Assembly (NCBI GenBank): GCA_036172245.1
Contig: JAYWIR010000045.1
Location: 558,001-622,000, forward strand
Reading direction: 5' to 3'
Length of the DNA stretch: 64,000 nucleotides
Origin: Raillietiella orientalis
Taxonomy: Eukaryota
The notes under the pieces are model-generated. The model saw only the letters and a list, made by a program, of their open reading frames with translations, had not been told where the DNA came from and ran no database searches. Shown here in pieces: positions 1-11,736 of the stretch. A program made the position numbers and the translations under genes. Position 1 is the first letter of the stretch; each line of letters begins with the position of its first letter.

Positions 1-1789
1 CAAGACAGTGACAGAATTTTATTTTCGTCGTGCCGCAGAATTGAAATTTGTTCATTCAAGGTCGAAGGTCACGTAAATCGGACACGCTGTGCACTGTATT
101 CACATTTCCATCTCTGATCCTTGGGCTGATTCATATTTAACTTAGCTCTGCAGAGCTTACAGATGCTTCGTGAATTCGGAAATTTTCCCATAGTCAAATG
201 TCTAATCAGTAATTTCCGACTAGTATAGGAAGGTACTGAGTGAATACAATTCGAAGGTCAGTTGTCCCACTGATCCCATGTTCTACTTTAAGCAGATGTT
301 GAACATTGAGCAATCACAGAGGCTGGTGAAAACAAGAAGTTCAGAGTGTGGAGCAGTTGGTCACAGGGAGGAACAGAACGAGGACTGAGATGACGTCATA
401 CCCTACTCGAAACGCACCACTTAATGTCAATTCAAGAAATTATGATTGTTTTTAATCATCATGTCTGCAGTGATCAAAAAGAGCGTTTGAAATGAGACAT
501 TGTGTTAAAGTAAACGGTTTTGAATATTCCCGTTTCATATCCAAACTGTATCAAAACTTTGCAAATTAATGAATGGACTAAGCGCTACATAAATTGTACA
601 ACATTAGTAAGGGAATCTTCTGATTAAATTTCAGAGTTTACACCTATAAACTCCGTCCAGAATGACATTACAGAGATAAAGTACGATAGCCACGGACTGA
701 TGATGTGTATTTTCTTCCTTACACGAGAAAGGATAAGAGAGATAAGAAATTTTTTTTCATATGTATCACCAGTCCGTGGCTATCATGGTGCCAGTTCCCT
801 GCAAGAGGCCTCGGCATTCTGGAAGATTAAAAGGGCTGGCATTGTCTGTTTACTTAAGCTCATCGTTTGCCTGATGTGATATGAAAAAAGAAATTATGCA
901 AGCAGCTCCTGACGCACACGCAGAAGCACAATATGCCACGGTACCACGGTGATGGATGCCATTAAATACCCACTACTTCGAAAACTGAATAGCGCTAAAT
1001 CCATGGTCCACTATAACCAAGTTTTCAATGAGTCTGAGAAAAAATTATTGAAAACTTGCCTCTGCTAATTATTTTACACCAGAGAAATCAAATCGAAAAA
1101 CTTTTAACTCTTTAGAAATGCTAGTTTGGCTTGTAGAAGGTCAGCTAGTTCCTGCATGTCTTTGCAGACCATCGTGGCTTCATTCTCTTCGGCTAAAGAT
1201 GAAGATCCTATCACACATTCCTTATCTTCAGGAAGCGTTCTCTCACATCGAAGCTAGACTTCCCGAATCCCACATGCCGTCTGACATTTTCTTTTCGGGA
1301 TCTTTTTGCGTTCTGTTTGTTTGTCTTTTTGCAGTAAGACACTCCGCATAAATTACTTTTTGTTCTGAAAACAAAAGAAGCCACAGCAAAAATAGGGCTC
1401 TTATGGGCCACGTTGTCTGCCTACCGGTTAACCTTGTAATTGCAACAGTTGTAACAAAGAAAACAATGTCAACAGAGGATTTTATAATATCGAATCCTTT
1501 CTACTGACTTTTTTCACTTGTTTCTGAGGTCTACGAGACCCTATTTTTCAAGTTTGCGTCCCTATCCATTATCTATAGACTGTCCTTCTTCACTCCATCT
1601 CGAGGAGAATGCGTGGGTGATATCTGAGCAGTCCGTGATCTGCTTCTAAATGAGAAGAGTCGCGAAACGTGCGTGAATGGAGCGTGTGTGAATTTCAAGG
1701 GCGTAAAAGAATGAGTATCGCGCATATCCAGACCCCAACTGTCAGTACCTCGGCTTAATTAGGAGATGGCGCGTCCTGGCGCTCCTGAG

Positions 1790-2100
1790 ATTGCAGCAGG
1801 CTCTCGCGCCGCAATGTTTCTCGAAAACCGAAAAGTTTCAATGGAATTTCCCATGCCTGACAGCTAAAAATTTTCTAGACGAAAGTGCGTCCCTTATTTT
1901 CCCATTCAAAATGCTTCAAGGGTCGCCTCAAGGGAAGGGGCTCTATGACCAGCTCGTGGGCTGTGTTGGAAAAAATGGCAGGAGGTCGGAACAGGAAGTT
2001 GGACTCCTTCGAACACGAAGGGAAGGGGAGGATCGGGAGCTCCGCTGCTTTGAAGTCTGAAAGAGATGTATCCTCCGCTGCCTATTGCGTCTTGCAACAA
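1790..2100 (+). mobile_element. Decayed non-LTR retrotransposon (RTE-like) ORF2 C-terminal relic
   Basis: Translation SWAVLEKMAGGRNRKLDSFEHEGKGRI resembles the post-RT RTE motif YGxExW...KLxxFExxxLRRI; fragmentary and judged by eye only. Confidence 0.3.
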
Positions 2101-3399
2101 TGAGGTACCCACCTGCACAAGGAGGCAGTTGAATCTTCTCTCCTAGGCTTCTCTTTCAACATCACTGCGGTCACACGTAGGATGTGGCTTTTGAGACTGC
2201 AGGCTTTTCGAGCCCATCAGTGTGGACGATACCACTACCACCCTTCCATTCTCTTCTCATTCCCGGGGAATCTAATGCCATTGTGGTCACTTCATCTGGG
2301 GTCAATGACTAACGTTCGTCTGGATGACGATCCTGGGACCACTTCCCCCCCCCCACAAAAAAAAAAAAGAAAGAAAGGGAAAGAAAAAAAGAGAAGGCAC
2401 AGAAAGGCTGCCGAAGCGTGGACAATCAGTTGAAAGTCCCTGCCGGAGGGGATCGGCTGAGAATGTGCCAGATAAACGTGAAGGCTGTCAATCCCAGGTG
2501 CTTGCGTTATCATCTGGACTCTTCTCCAGACAGCTGTGTTTGTCTGTTTGCTTTGTCTTCCAGTTTAATCAAGTCATCCTCGGAACGACTCAGAGATGCA
2601 GTCCCGGCAAAAGCTGATGCTTACCTCATCTGTAATCATCTTTTTTTCCTCTCTTTCTTGAGACTTTTGGAGGATTTCGCCCTGATCCACCCGTCCTGCT
2701 GCACTTCCGACAGATTTCCGAGTCAGTCTGTCCTTGCTCAATGAGAATTCATGGAAGCGTGCCACCCTAAAGTGGACGATGGAACGTGTTCGACCACGGT
2801 CCTCCTCCATCGCTTCTGTCCCCATCTTTGTTCCTCTGTCCCGCTCCTCCCTACGGAGGCACTGGGATGAGGGGAAGCGATGCTGCTTCCTGCCCCGAGA
2901 AGGCGCGACAAGAGTCATCGGGAAGGCGGCAGTCGTTACCACGCAGACGTCATGACACAAAGTCCGAACAGAGCATGCGCTCCGTGACGTCACTCCTCCG
3001 GCACTGCGATCGTCCGCAGACAGCCTCGAGATGTTTGAGGTGTGGGCGAGGCTCATGTCCGCCTGTCTGACACTGAGAAGCGAGAGGGAAGATGGGGCTG
3101 TCCGAGTCAGATGGGGGGAGAGGAGATGCTCAGCCTCGTGCCGAGAGCACGGGCTCCAGAAGGCACCCGCCGCGATGCGACGGCATGCGTTTCATTTCTT
3201 GCTCTTCGCCTTTCCCCCGGCTCTGCGAGAGAGGAAAAGGGGAGGGGAAGAATCTCTCCCGCTCCCTCCATCCCCAGGCTACCGGGGAGGAGGATCTGCT
3301 CTGGATCGAGCCGGGTCTCCAGTCCCGGGGCACTTGCGACCTTGATCCTCCTCCTTCTCTTCCTCGCGAAAGTCTGTTTTCCCGCCTCTTTTACCCCCT

Positions 3400-4330
3400 G
3401 GCAGAAGCTCCACTCCCACGACGTCTCCGAGCGGTCCCTTTCGCATTTCCTCGGATGGTGGCTCCCAGATGGAGCTTCCGACTCTCCGATGCTTCTCCCG
3501 GAAGGTGGGCAGAGCGCGCGCCGACGACGTCGACGCATCGATTTCACAGCCCTGATCCCGAAAAGGGACACGGAGCGAGAAAAATTCCGCTCCCATGCCA
3601 TGGGATTATGTTCCGTTTACGGGATGCCTACTCGTTTCTGGACCTGCAGCCGAGATCCACAGCAGCGCAGAGTCCCCAGGAGCCTCTTTTCAGCTTTGTC
3701 TTTCCCTCTCCCACCCCCCACCGTTTCCACAGCACTGTCCTCCTTAAGGGTAGTCCTTGGCAGTGTCACTCTGGCAAGGCGGAAGGAGGAATTCAGCATT
3801 GAAGGAAGAACCAGAGCCCTCAAGGCGTGGATTACCGGAGAGGCAGCCCACGCTGCGGCTTCCAGCTTCCCAACCAAAGCACTGCCTTCGCCAGGTCCGG
3901 ATGCTGGAGATCCCCCCAGTTTCCATCGATCTTAACGGACGGTTTCATCCTTTCTCTCAAAGGGCAGGAGAGTGGACGTCGCTTATGCTGCACTGGGGTC
4001 ACCCATGCAACACCCACCGGAGACACCGGACCAAGAGTAGGGCGGACCCGGAACTGCGACAGGTGAGGGGAGGGCGAAAGCTCCCTGCACCTGCTCGAAC
4101 CACTGGGTCGGCTCTTTTGGAAACGTTTTGCCATGGTCCTCCGGATGCCGGTAGACAACCCCATGGCACCTAATGGGACGCCTCTTCGTGCGTGTGTGAT
4201 GCACTTCCGCCAGCGGCGTCCTTAACAGCTGTTTGGTGCCTCTGCGGGATGGTGGCAGCCTGGAACGTCCCGGGAAGGGACCGTAACGAAAAGGCGACGC
4301 CATCCATTTCGCCATTCACTTCATAGCAAT
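3400..4330 (+). mobile_element. Decayed LINE (L1/Tx1-like) reverse transcriptase relic
   Basis: Motifs in expected order across frames: WLPDG (~PGPDG), ALIPKRDTEREKFRSHAMGLCSVYG (~LIPK..NYRPISLCNVxYK), RVVLGSV..EEFSIEGRT (~QxAFxxGR), PSFHRS (~KAFDRV). Catalytic motifs are eroded. Confidence 0.45.
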
Positions 4331-7300
4331 CTCGACAAGATGATCCCACCTGAGAATCATACAGCAGTAACTTGCTGGCATCCTTTCAAGGATGGCGAGG
4401 AGACACCCTGCAGCGGACAGTGATCCCTTTCCGAACCCCCACTCCCGCCCCTGAGGTTTTTTTTTCCAGTATATATTTATTTATTCACATTAGTTTTTTT
4501 GTTTATTTGTTCCCTTCCCTCTGTTGCCGAGGAGAACCTCGCAGCTTTTTGCCTACTGGCATCTCGGCATGCTCCAGATACATTCGGATGTCGTACGACC
4601 AGGATTCCTACCACTGATGTTTGTTTGCTTATTATTGTTTATTACAAACTCCCTGGAGAAACCGAGTGATAACAGAGGCCCTTCTCCTAAAAAAATCCCT
4701 CTTCAATAGTTGACAGCTCTCCCCAGGTCCTCCATTCTTCCTGGAAATAAATCTCGACATGTTCGCCGAAGGGTGTGCGCGCTTGCCTTTGATGACCTTT
4801 TCCGTCGAGGAGAGCCCCGCATGGCCGCTTCAAGGATATGATTTTTTTTCTTTCCTGGAAAAAATGGAGGACGCAGTTTGGCACCTTGCCACCAGCGCTT
4901 TGGTAGAGGACCGATAGGGGCATTGTTTTGCAAGTGCAGCACCAAGAGCGAACATGACAGGTGATGACGAAAGAATTGCTGCTGAACTAAGGGGCGGATA
5001 CCAGGAACTCTCCGGAAGCTCAAAGAAAGAAAAAAAAGAACGGTAGACTTAGGTTCCTATCCCACTCAGAAAAGTAACCTATTTGCTTCGCTGCATATCC
5101 TAGGAAAGATCTGGGTTCCCAGGTCTGAGAGAGTTACAGATGGTTGCGAATCTCGCAAGCGTGACTTGCATGTATTTCTGTGGACCACTTCATGTTCTAA
5201 AGAATGTCTTGTCGATGCATGGGTATTGCGTGGTTGGTTGACCTCCGTCGTGCAGAGACTGTTTTCTCTACTTCTTCAGAAGAGCACCTTTGATGAGCAC
5301 TCCTAGAGACCATTCTTTCATTAGGAATGGAAGGCAGCTTCTCTCACACATCTCTTGTTTTTCTCTCCAGTTTCTCTCCACTGGGAGGATTAGCAACCTA
5401 TTAGCTTTCTGACACCTATCGCATGAACAGTTGTGGACACCCGCCTACTTGCTTAAGGTGATATCCTCAAACCAAAATCGACATCATTTGTCTATGTTCA
5501 GATAAATTATATCAAGTTGCATGGATTCCGGACCATCAGTGAGAGGAAACAAAACTGAGCAGAGGATGCAAGTCTCGAAAAGATATAGGGAGACAATCCT
5601 AAGGTGATCCTGTTGAAAATTCATTTGTTAGGGAGTACCTCTAGTTCTAGTGACTTGTTCTAGAAACTAAAATTTTCTGCTATCTTCCCATCCATAGCAG
5701 AGTTCGGAGGATACTTCTACGCCTACTTTGCTGCGTCTAGCTTAAAGTTCTCGGTGAAGAATTACCATATGTCTCATGCTCAGGGGGCAATCATCATTTG
5801 GAGAAAAAAATGCCTGGAAGGAGTTTTTGTCAAGGATTAGTTTGGGATCATTTTTATTATTATGCATTGAATTTATTCTGCTGCACCACTCATCCTAGAT
5901 TCTATATTTCTGAAATATTGCAAGCTTAATCTCCTCATAGCAAACATGCTGACGCATTTTTATAATCGTTTGGACTTTCCTGCGCAATTCTTCTGAGTTC
6001 ACAAATAAAACAGCCTGTTTATCACGCCATTTGTATGTGTTTCATGAATCTTATTTATTGTTTATGTTCTCATTTCAGGCTTCAAAAGAGATACGTGACT
6101 TTTTTTGAAGACTGAAAGAGAGGCTGTCAGGGGAAAGCAATGAAAGTAAAAGGGGTCAATGCAGAACTTATTGGAGTCATAACTAAGAATGATTTCTGAG
6201 CATTATGAAGTTACTGAATATTCTATGTTAGTGATTCACAGCTACTACTTCAAAACAGATTCCAAATAAATGCTGAGAAATGCTCAGTCCCATTATTTGA
6301 ATGCTTTCAGATTTTCCTGCTCCTTTTCTAATGCTTTACTATCTGAATTTTCAGAACTGATCTCAGCAAACACTGAGCTTAGGGCTTTTGCCATTCCTCT
6401 GAAATATAATCCCTTCTTCGTGATAACCTAGGGCATGGATGGATGAAATCAGTACTCGTGTCGACTTCCATTGTTCACGAGATTTCTGGAATAGAATCAA
6501 AATAAAGAAATTTAAAACTCTTCATGAAGTCCGTCCACAGTATAGAAAAATGATTCAATTGGTTAAACACAGCAGGTCGCTCAAAAAGTTGATGGTGACT
6601 TGAAAATGAATATGACATTAAATTTGAGTTTCATCAAGAGCTGCAGGTGAAATCAATTTCACGAGTAGATGAAAGAAAAAAATCAATAAAGTAGATAAAG
6701 AGGAATTTAATTAAGTATGCAAGGTTATTCTGATGACAAGCGATTTATTTTTGTGCCAATAGTATTTGACACTTTTTCTTTTCCACAGTGATTTCAGGAA
6801 AAAAAAAAGGCTAAAGCAAATTAAAAGAAAGATGAAAACAGGTAGAAAAAATAAAATAAAATAAGGAGAAATGGACTGGCAATTCAGGTTAGTGGATTAT
6901 TTGATTCAAATAGTTTTCAAAGTTCCCGTAGAGAAATGCATAAATTGGGCTGCAACAGGTGGAGGGTAGCTCTATTGTGCACTGTCGTAGATGTTGTGAA
7001 GTGCCATAAAAACACAGAAAGCAAATTTAGACCGACCAAATCGTTCAAATTGAGAATATTTGCTTCTAAGTCAATAATAGACAAACATAGTTGGCCGACT
7101 TGAAGAAGTTTTAATGAATTCCCTTTGATAGGACGAATTATTCGTATTAACTCAGGTTTGATAATTATCTCGCCTAGATTCTTAGGTGTTAAATTCGAAG
7201 GCAAAAATGATTAGTTAGAAAAAATAAGCATACGAAGTACCGCACAGTAATTTACAGTGTACTTATTTCCTCTCAACTTTCTAGACGAGGCTGTTTTATA

Positions 7301-7690
7301 ATGCAGATCGTAATGTATTCGTGATAAGACCATACAAGTTTTTCGGTTTGTAAATGAAAATCTGTAATTTGTAATTTCAATTTACCGTATGGATATTTTA
7401 TATCGACTTTTGCGCATAGTATTACAAGAAGCAATAATCTGAAACTTTGATCAATGCCAAGATTGACAGTTGGTTTTCCCCTTAAGCATTCGTGACTCGG
7501 AATTTCCCGTGCATGCGTAATTTCTTTCGTATTAGGAGAAGGAAATGCATTCTGTTAGAGCAGAAATTCGGTTTCGGGCTGACTTGCTGAGCTTTTCTAT
7601 TTGTGCATTGGCACGTATTATTAATCTTATGTTTAAGAAATCACTTGAGCAGTGTTATGCTGCTTGTAGTTTGTATATTCAGATCCCGAA

Positions 7691-9311
7691 ATGGAAGAGT
7701 ATTTCGAGGAATTGGTAACGTGTCCCGTTTGCCTTGAGAAGCTTAATTCAGCGAATCTTATGCTACCTTGTCAACACACTTTCTGCAAGAAATGTTTGGA
7801 ACAGATTCGAAGGAAGGATTTCCGATGCCCAGAATGCAGATTTTTTGTTTTGAAAGAATTCAAGGATCTTCCATCAAACTTGTTTGTGATGCGTTTCTTA
7901 GCACTATTGGAATCTTATAAAATGGATAAATCGAAGGGCAAAACACCAAACAACACCACAGCGTTAGCTAGTAAATCGACAGTCTTAGGTTCCCCTTCTA
8001 TTGCCAATTCCAAGTCTCCATTAATTGATCTTGGAGCCTTGGACAAATCAGTAATTCATCCATCAATGGTTAGTTAAAGGTTAAGATATTGAGGAAGTGC
8101 ATGCTTATATACTTTTAGTATGAATCCTATCCTCAAGGGAGTAATAAAGGGAGCTTGGTGGAAGCTGTCATGGACTGTTTACATCTGCAAGAAGGGTAAC
8201 ATACGTTGCCTTTGTTGTAATGATTAATTTTCTAATTAAAATTTAGGTATCTGAGTTTTGATAAAGGAGATTTGTTGCATTTTGTATGCCATGTTGATAT
8301 ACACTGGATTATAGCTGAATTGAAAGGGATTAAGGGGTTGGTTCCTATGTGCTATGTAAGAATGCCATATTTCATCCCTCAGGCAAGGGCACTTTCCAAT
8401 GTGAGGCAATGTGAAAAGGAATATCTGACCTTTCATGAGGTGATAATCCACTGTGTGATTACAGAAAATAGAGGACCTTCTTATTTAGGGAGATGTGATT
8501 ACTCTCTTGCACCATGTTGAGGACAGCTGGGCCATGGGAACTACATTCAGTGGAACAGGCTTGTTTCCTCTAGAACTTGTTGAATTGAACCAAGCGGCCA
8601 AGAACATGCTATGTAATCCTTCAAGGTAAGGAGAGATAAAAAGGGTTCATGTTTTCTTGACCTTCTAAGTTTTTTAGTACGACTCAAATTCTGAAATATG
8701 CCAACTCATTTCAAGAAAGAGAAGGGTCTAATGAAATGAGCAGTAGAACAGCACTTCTACAAGACACTGTATCTGTTTTGCACGATTTGAACAGTCAGAA
8801 ACAAGATTCCGAAATGTGCTTACATACTGCCCCTGTGTTCTATGATCCGCCAGCTCAGGATTGGAGATCAGGAAATAATGCCACCCTATTCCCCAGAACG
8901 AATTATTTGTCTCTCTCTCCAAGAGCTCGCTCTTTTGACGCAGCTGAAAGAGCAGATCTGAGAGGATATGTTGATCATTGTTCAAATCACTTATTAAGAA
9001 GCCACCCTTCAAGCACCACTGGTAGTTTGCCCCCCCAAATCCGTCGGATGAAGCAAATGTTTGCCCATCCACTTATCGAATCACCTCATACGAAGGGAGG
9101 AGTATGGGAAAGTAACCGAAACGTTGAATACTTCCACGGTGGTCATGACCTAATGCCACCCGTAAATCCACTGCCTATGGAACGATATCCCGCTTTCCCC
9201 ATTCGTAAGAACGCTGTTTCTGAAAGAGCTGCGAGAACTAAGGAATACAAACCGTACCCACCTTTTCAGCCGAAAGAGCGGCACACGAAAAGATTTAATG
9301 GCAAAAAATGA
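7691..9311 (+). CDS. SH3RF/POSH-like RING-finger E3 ubiquitin ligase with two divergent SH3 domains; 5 coding exons (7691-8068, 8119-8195, 8247-8439, 8489-8625, 8678-9311), 472 aa
   Basis: N-terminal C3HC4 RING CPVCLEKL...LPCQHTFCKKCL...CPECR plus LPSNLFVMR matches the SH3RF/POSH family. GT-AG introns of 50, 51, 49 and 52 nt join exons in frame, giving SH3-like YLSFDKGDLL..HWI..GLVPMCYV and YLTFHEGDVI..DSWAMG..GLFPLELVELN, then the 8736-9311 ORF. Confidence 0.85.
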
Positions 9312-9651
9312 GAGCTCTGTGCCAACACTGTGCAACTGTGCGCGCTTTTCTACCCGTATTGCGAGTCGGTTGTGAAATCATGGTGGCGTTCTACCAGCCC
9401 GGAATTTACCCTGTTCCCAGTGAAAAGCAGAAACCGAGCTTATCTGTGTTTGGTATTTTTAGTCGAAAATTCCGGACTGTGTGTTGAACCGACTGTGTGT
9501 GTGTGTTCACTGCTGAAAAGGTGGATGTAATGAAGGGCACATCGCGGAAGTCAGGAGTGTGTGCGTGTGCGTGTGTGTGTGTTCCAGGGTTCTTGTGAGG
9601 GACAGGGGAAGAAGAAGAAGAAGAAAAAAAAAAAAAAACTGATGTGTGCGT

Positions 9652-9657
9652 AATAAA
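9652..9657 (+). terminator. Polyadenylation signal AATAAA, probably for the SH3RF-like gene
   Basis: AATAAA about 340 nt after the stop codon, followed by a T-rich tract. Confidence 0.55.
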
Positions 9658-9797
9658 TATTTATTTTTTAATTACGAGCTGAATTTTTCAAGTTTTCCAT
9701 TACTAATTTACATTTTGCTTCCCACTCTTTTGGTTCAGGTAATGTAATAATAGTAATATGGAAACGTAAACACGGCAGTCGTCGTCGTTTCTTGAGG

Positions 9798-9827
9798 ACG
9801 GAAATCACTTACACGGAAATCATCAGT
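9798..9827 (+). promoter_or_regulatory. Candidate CLIC core promoter: two ACGGAAATCA copies and a TCAGT initiator-like motif
   Basis: ACGGAAATCA at 9798-9807 and 9813-9822, TCAGT at 9823-9827, about 90 nt upstream of the CLIC ATG. Confidence 0.3.
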
Positions 9828-9917
9828 AGATGGCAGTGTTCATTGAAGTCATTCGGTGTTTGCTTGGCCATACCTTGTATGATACGTAACGTTTCGTAAG
9901 ATAGTGGTGGGTTAAAG

Positions 9918-11624
9918 ATGGATGGCCAGAATGAAACTGCAAATGGATCCGTGCCCGCAATCGAGCTGATTATAAAGGTTGGTCCACTTGTGCATTTTAG
10001 TAAATACGGTTTTCACGGATTCGCGTTTCTCTGCTGCTTTTTGTTAGCAACCGTCACGGGGGGGATGTGCTGGGTGGTTTTGGGAGAGTTCCTTGGGAGC
10101 GTTTTTAGAGGTTGGGGAGATTCTTTTTTTTTTTGTTTTGTTTTGTTTTGTTTTTTTTTTTTTTGCGCGCGCGATTTGGATTTTTTCCCGGTGAAATTAT
10201 CCCGTGTGTGTGTGTGTGTGTGTGTGTGTGAGGGAGCTGTTAACCCGGCTCGGAAAAATTCCCACGCCGAAACCGGCTTGGCTTTGCCAGAAAAGTCGGT
10301 GATTTAAAAAAATCACCCATTCGCAGGGATGCTGGGGCATTATCCTGCTTATCCGCGGATCGTTGCCAGTGTGTTTTCAAAAATTGCTTGCCGTCTGCGT
10401 GTCCCCCCCCCCCTCCCTCCCCACGGAAACGGTGTGGGCAGCAGCTGCATATGTTGTTACCCAAGAGGAACACAATTTTTACTTATCGAACATCGTGCCG
10501 TGCCATGTGATAAGATGGGGTTAAAATTTTTCCGCCTCCATACCGCAGCCCAACGTAAAATTTTCCGTGTGGGGCTGGGTTCGTTCCCGAGCGATGCCAT
10601 CAAGCAGGCAGCGTGCTTGGATTGTACAGCGGTGATGTAAAGAAGTTTCTGTGTACACCCCGGTTTGTCAAACCTTAGGCATCCACGATCGACGGGAGAA
10701 GAAAAGGAGCATGCCTGTTTTGCCAGGAGTATTTCATGGATCTGTACCTCTTGGCGGAGATGAAAACCATCAGCTTGAAAGTCACCACCGTCGACATGCA
10801 AAAGCCGCCCCCGGATTTCAGGTCTGATCGTGTTGCTGGAATTCCAACTGAGTAATTTTTTTCTTCTCCTCCTCCTCTTCCCCTCCCCCCTGTGTAGAGA
10901 AAATTTCGAAGCTACAATGCCGCCTATTCTTCTAGACAATGGCTTGGCCATTTTGGAAAACGATAACATCGAAAGGCATATCATGAAAAATATTCCCGGA
11001 GGGCATAATTTATTTGTGCAGGACAAAGAAGTCGCAACGAAAATCGAGAATCTATACAGTGTACATATGACAAAACAACTGCCGAGCATGCCTTGGAAGG
11101 AACCATTTGTGTGTGTTTTTTTTCTTCTTCATTTCAGAAATTCAAACGCTACTTGCTGAATAAAGAAGAGCAGGCGAAGCAAGCGCTGCTGAAAGAATTG
11201 CAGAAGATCGACGAGCACCTTGGTCACAAATCCACGCGGTTCCTCACTGGAGAAACCTTATGCTGTTTTGATTGCGAGTTAATGCCGCGCCTGCAGCACA
11301 TTCGCGTGGCAGGTAAGCGCGTTCGACTTTCGGAAATCTGGAAAAAAAAAAAAAAAAATTCCTTTCTTCCCCCCCCCCCCTTTTTTTCTTTTTCTTTCTT
11401 TAGGAAAGTTCTTTTTGGATTTCGATATCCCGGAAACATTGATCAGTTTGTGGCGTTACATGTATTACATGTATCAGCTGGATGCGTTTATGCAATCTTG
11501 TCCGGCAGATCAGGACATCATTAATCACTATCGACTGCAGCAGGGCACAAAAGTCAATAAGCATGAGGAATTGGAAACACCCACTTTCGCTATATCCGTG
11601 CCTGCCAACATTTTTCCCCTCTAA
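9918..11624 (+). CDS. Clic: Chloride intracellular channel protein (CLIC, GST fold); 5 exons (9918-9977, 10679-10821, 10898-11060, 11138-11312, 11404-11624), 253 aa
   Basis: Spliced translation IELIIK|ASTIDGRRKGACLFCQEYFMDLYLLAEMKTISLKVTTVDMQKPPPDFR...FLTGETLCCFDCELMPRLQHIRVAG|KFFLDFDIP...QSCPADQDIINHY...HEELETPTF closely matches arthropod Clic. All introns are GT-AG and keep frame. Confidence 0.97.
10204..10230. repeat. (TG)n microsatellite in CLIC intron 1
   Basis: Uninterrupted GT/TG run. Confidence 0.9.
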
Positions 11625-11648
11625 AATGTTGTAACAGTTCAGCCGGCC

Positions 11649-11654
11649 AATAAA
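11649..11654 (+). terminator. Polyadenylation signal AATAAA of CLIC
   Basis: AATAAA 24 nt after the CLIC stop codon. Confidence 0.6.
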
Positions 11655-11736
11655 GTTGATTTGAGTCCATCGGGGTCTGTTTAGACGCGCGACACGTGCT
11701 ACGGAGAAGGTTCGGGACAATCTTCTTGACGGTGGT

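Noticed and set aside
3042..3935. 297-aa ORF
   Set aside because: GC-rich read-through with overlapping ORFs in several frames; only eroded RT motifs, no intact catalytic residues.
10457..11089. 210-aa minus-strand ORF
   Set aside because: Antisense shadow of CLIC exons 2-3 and introns.
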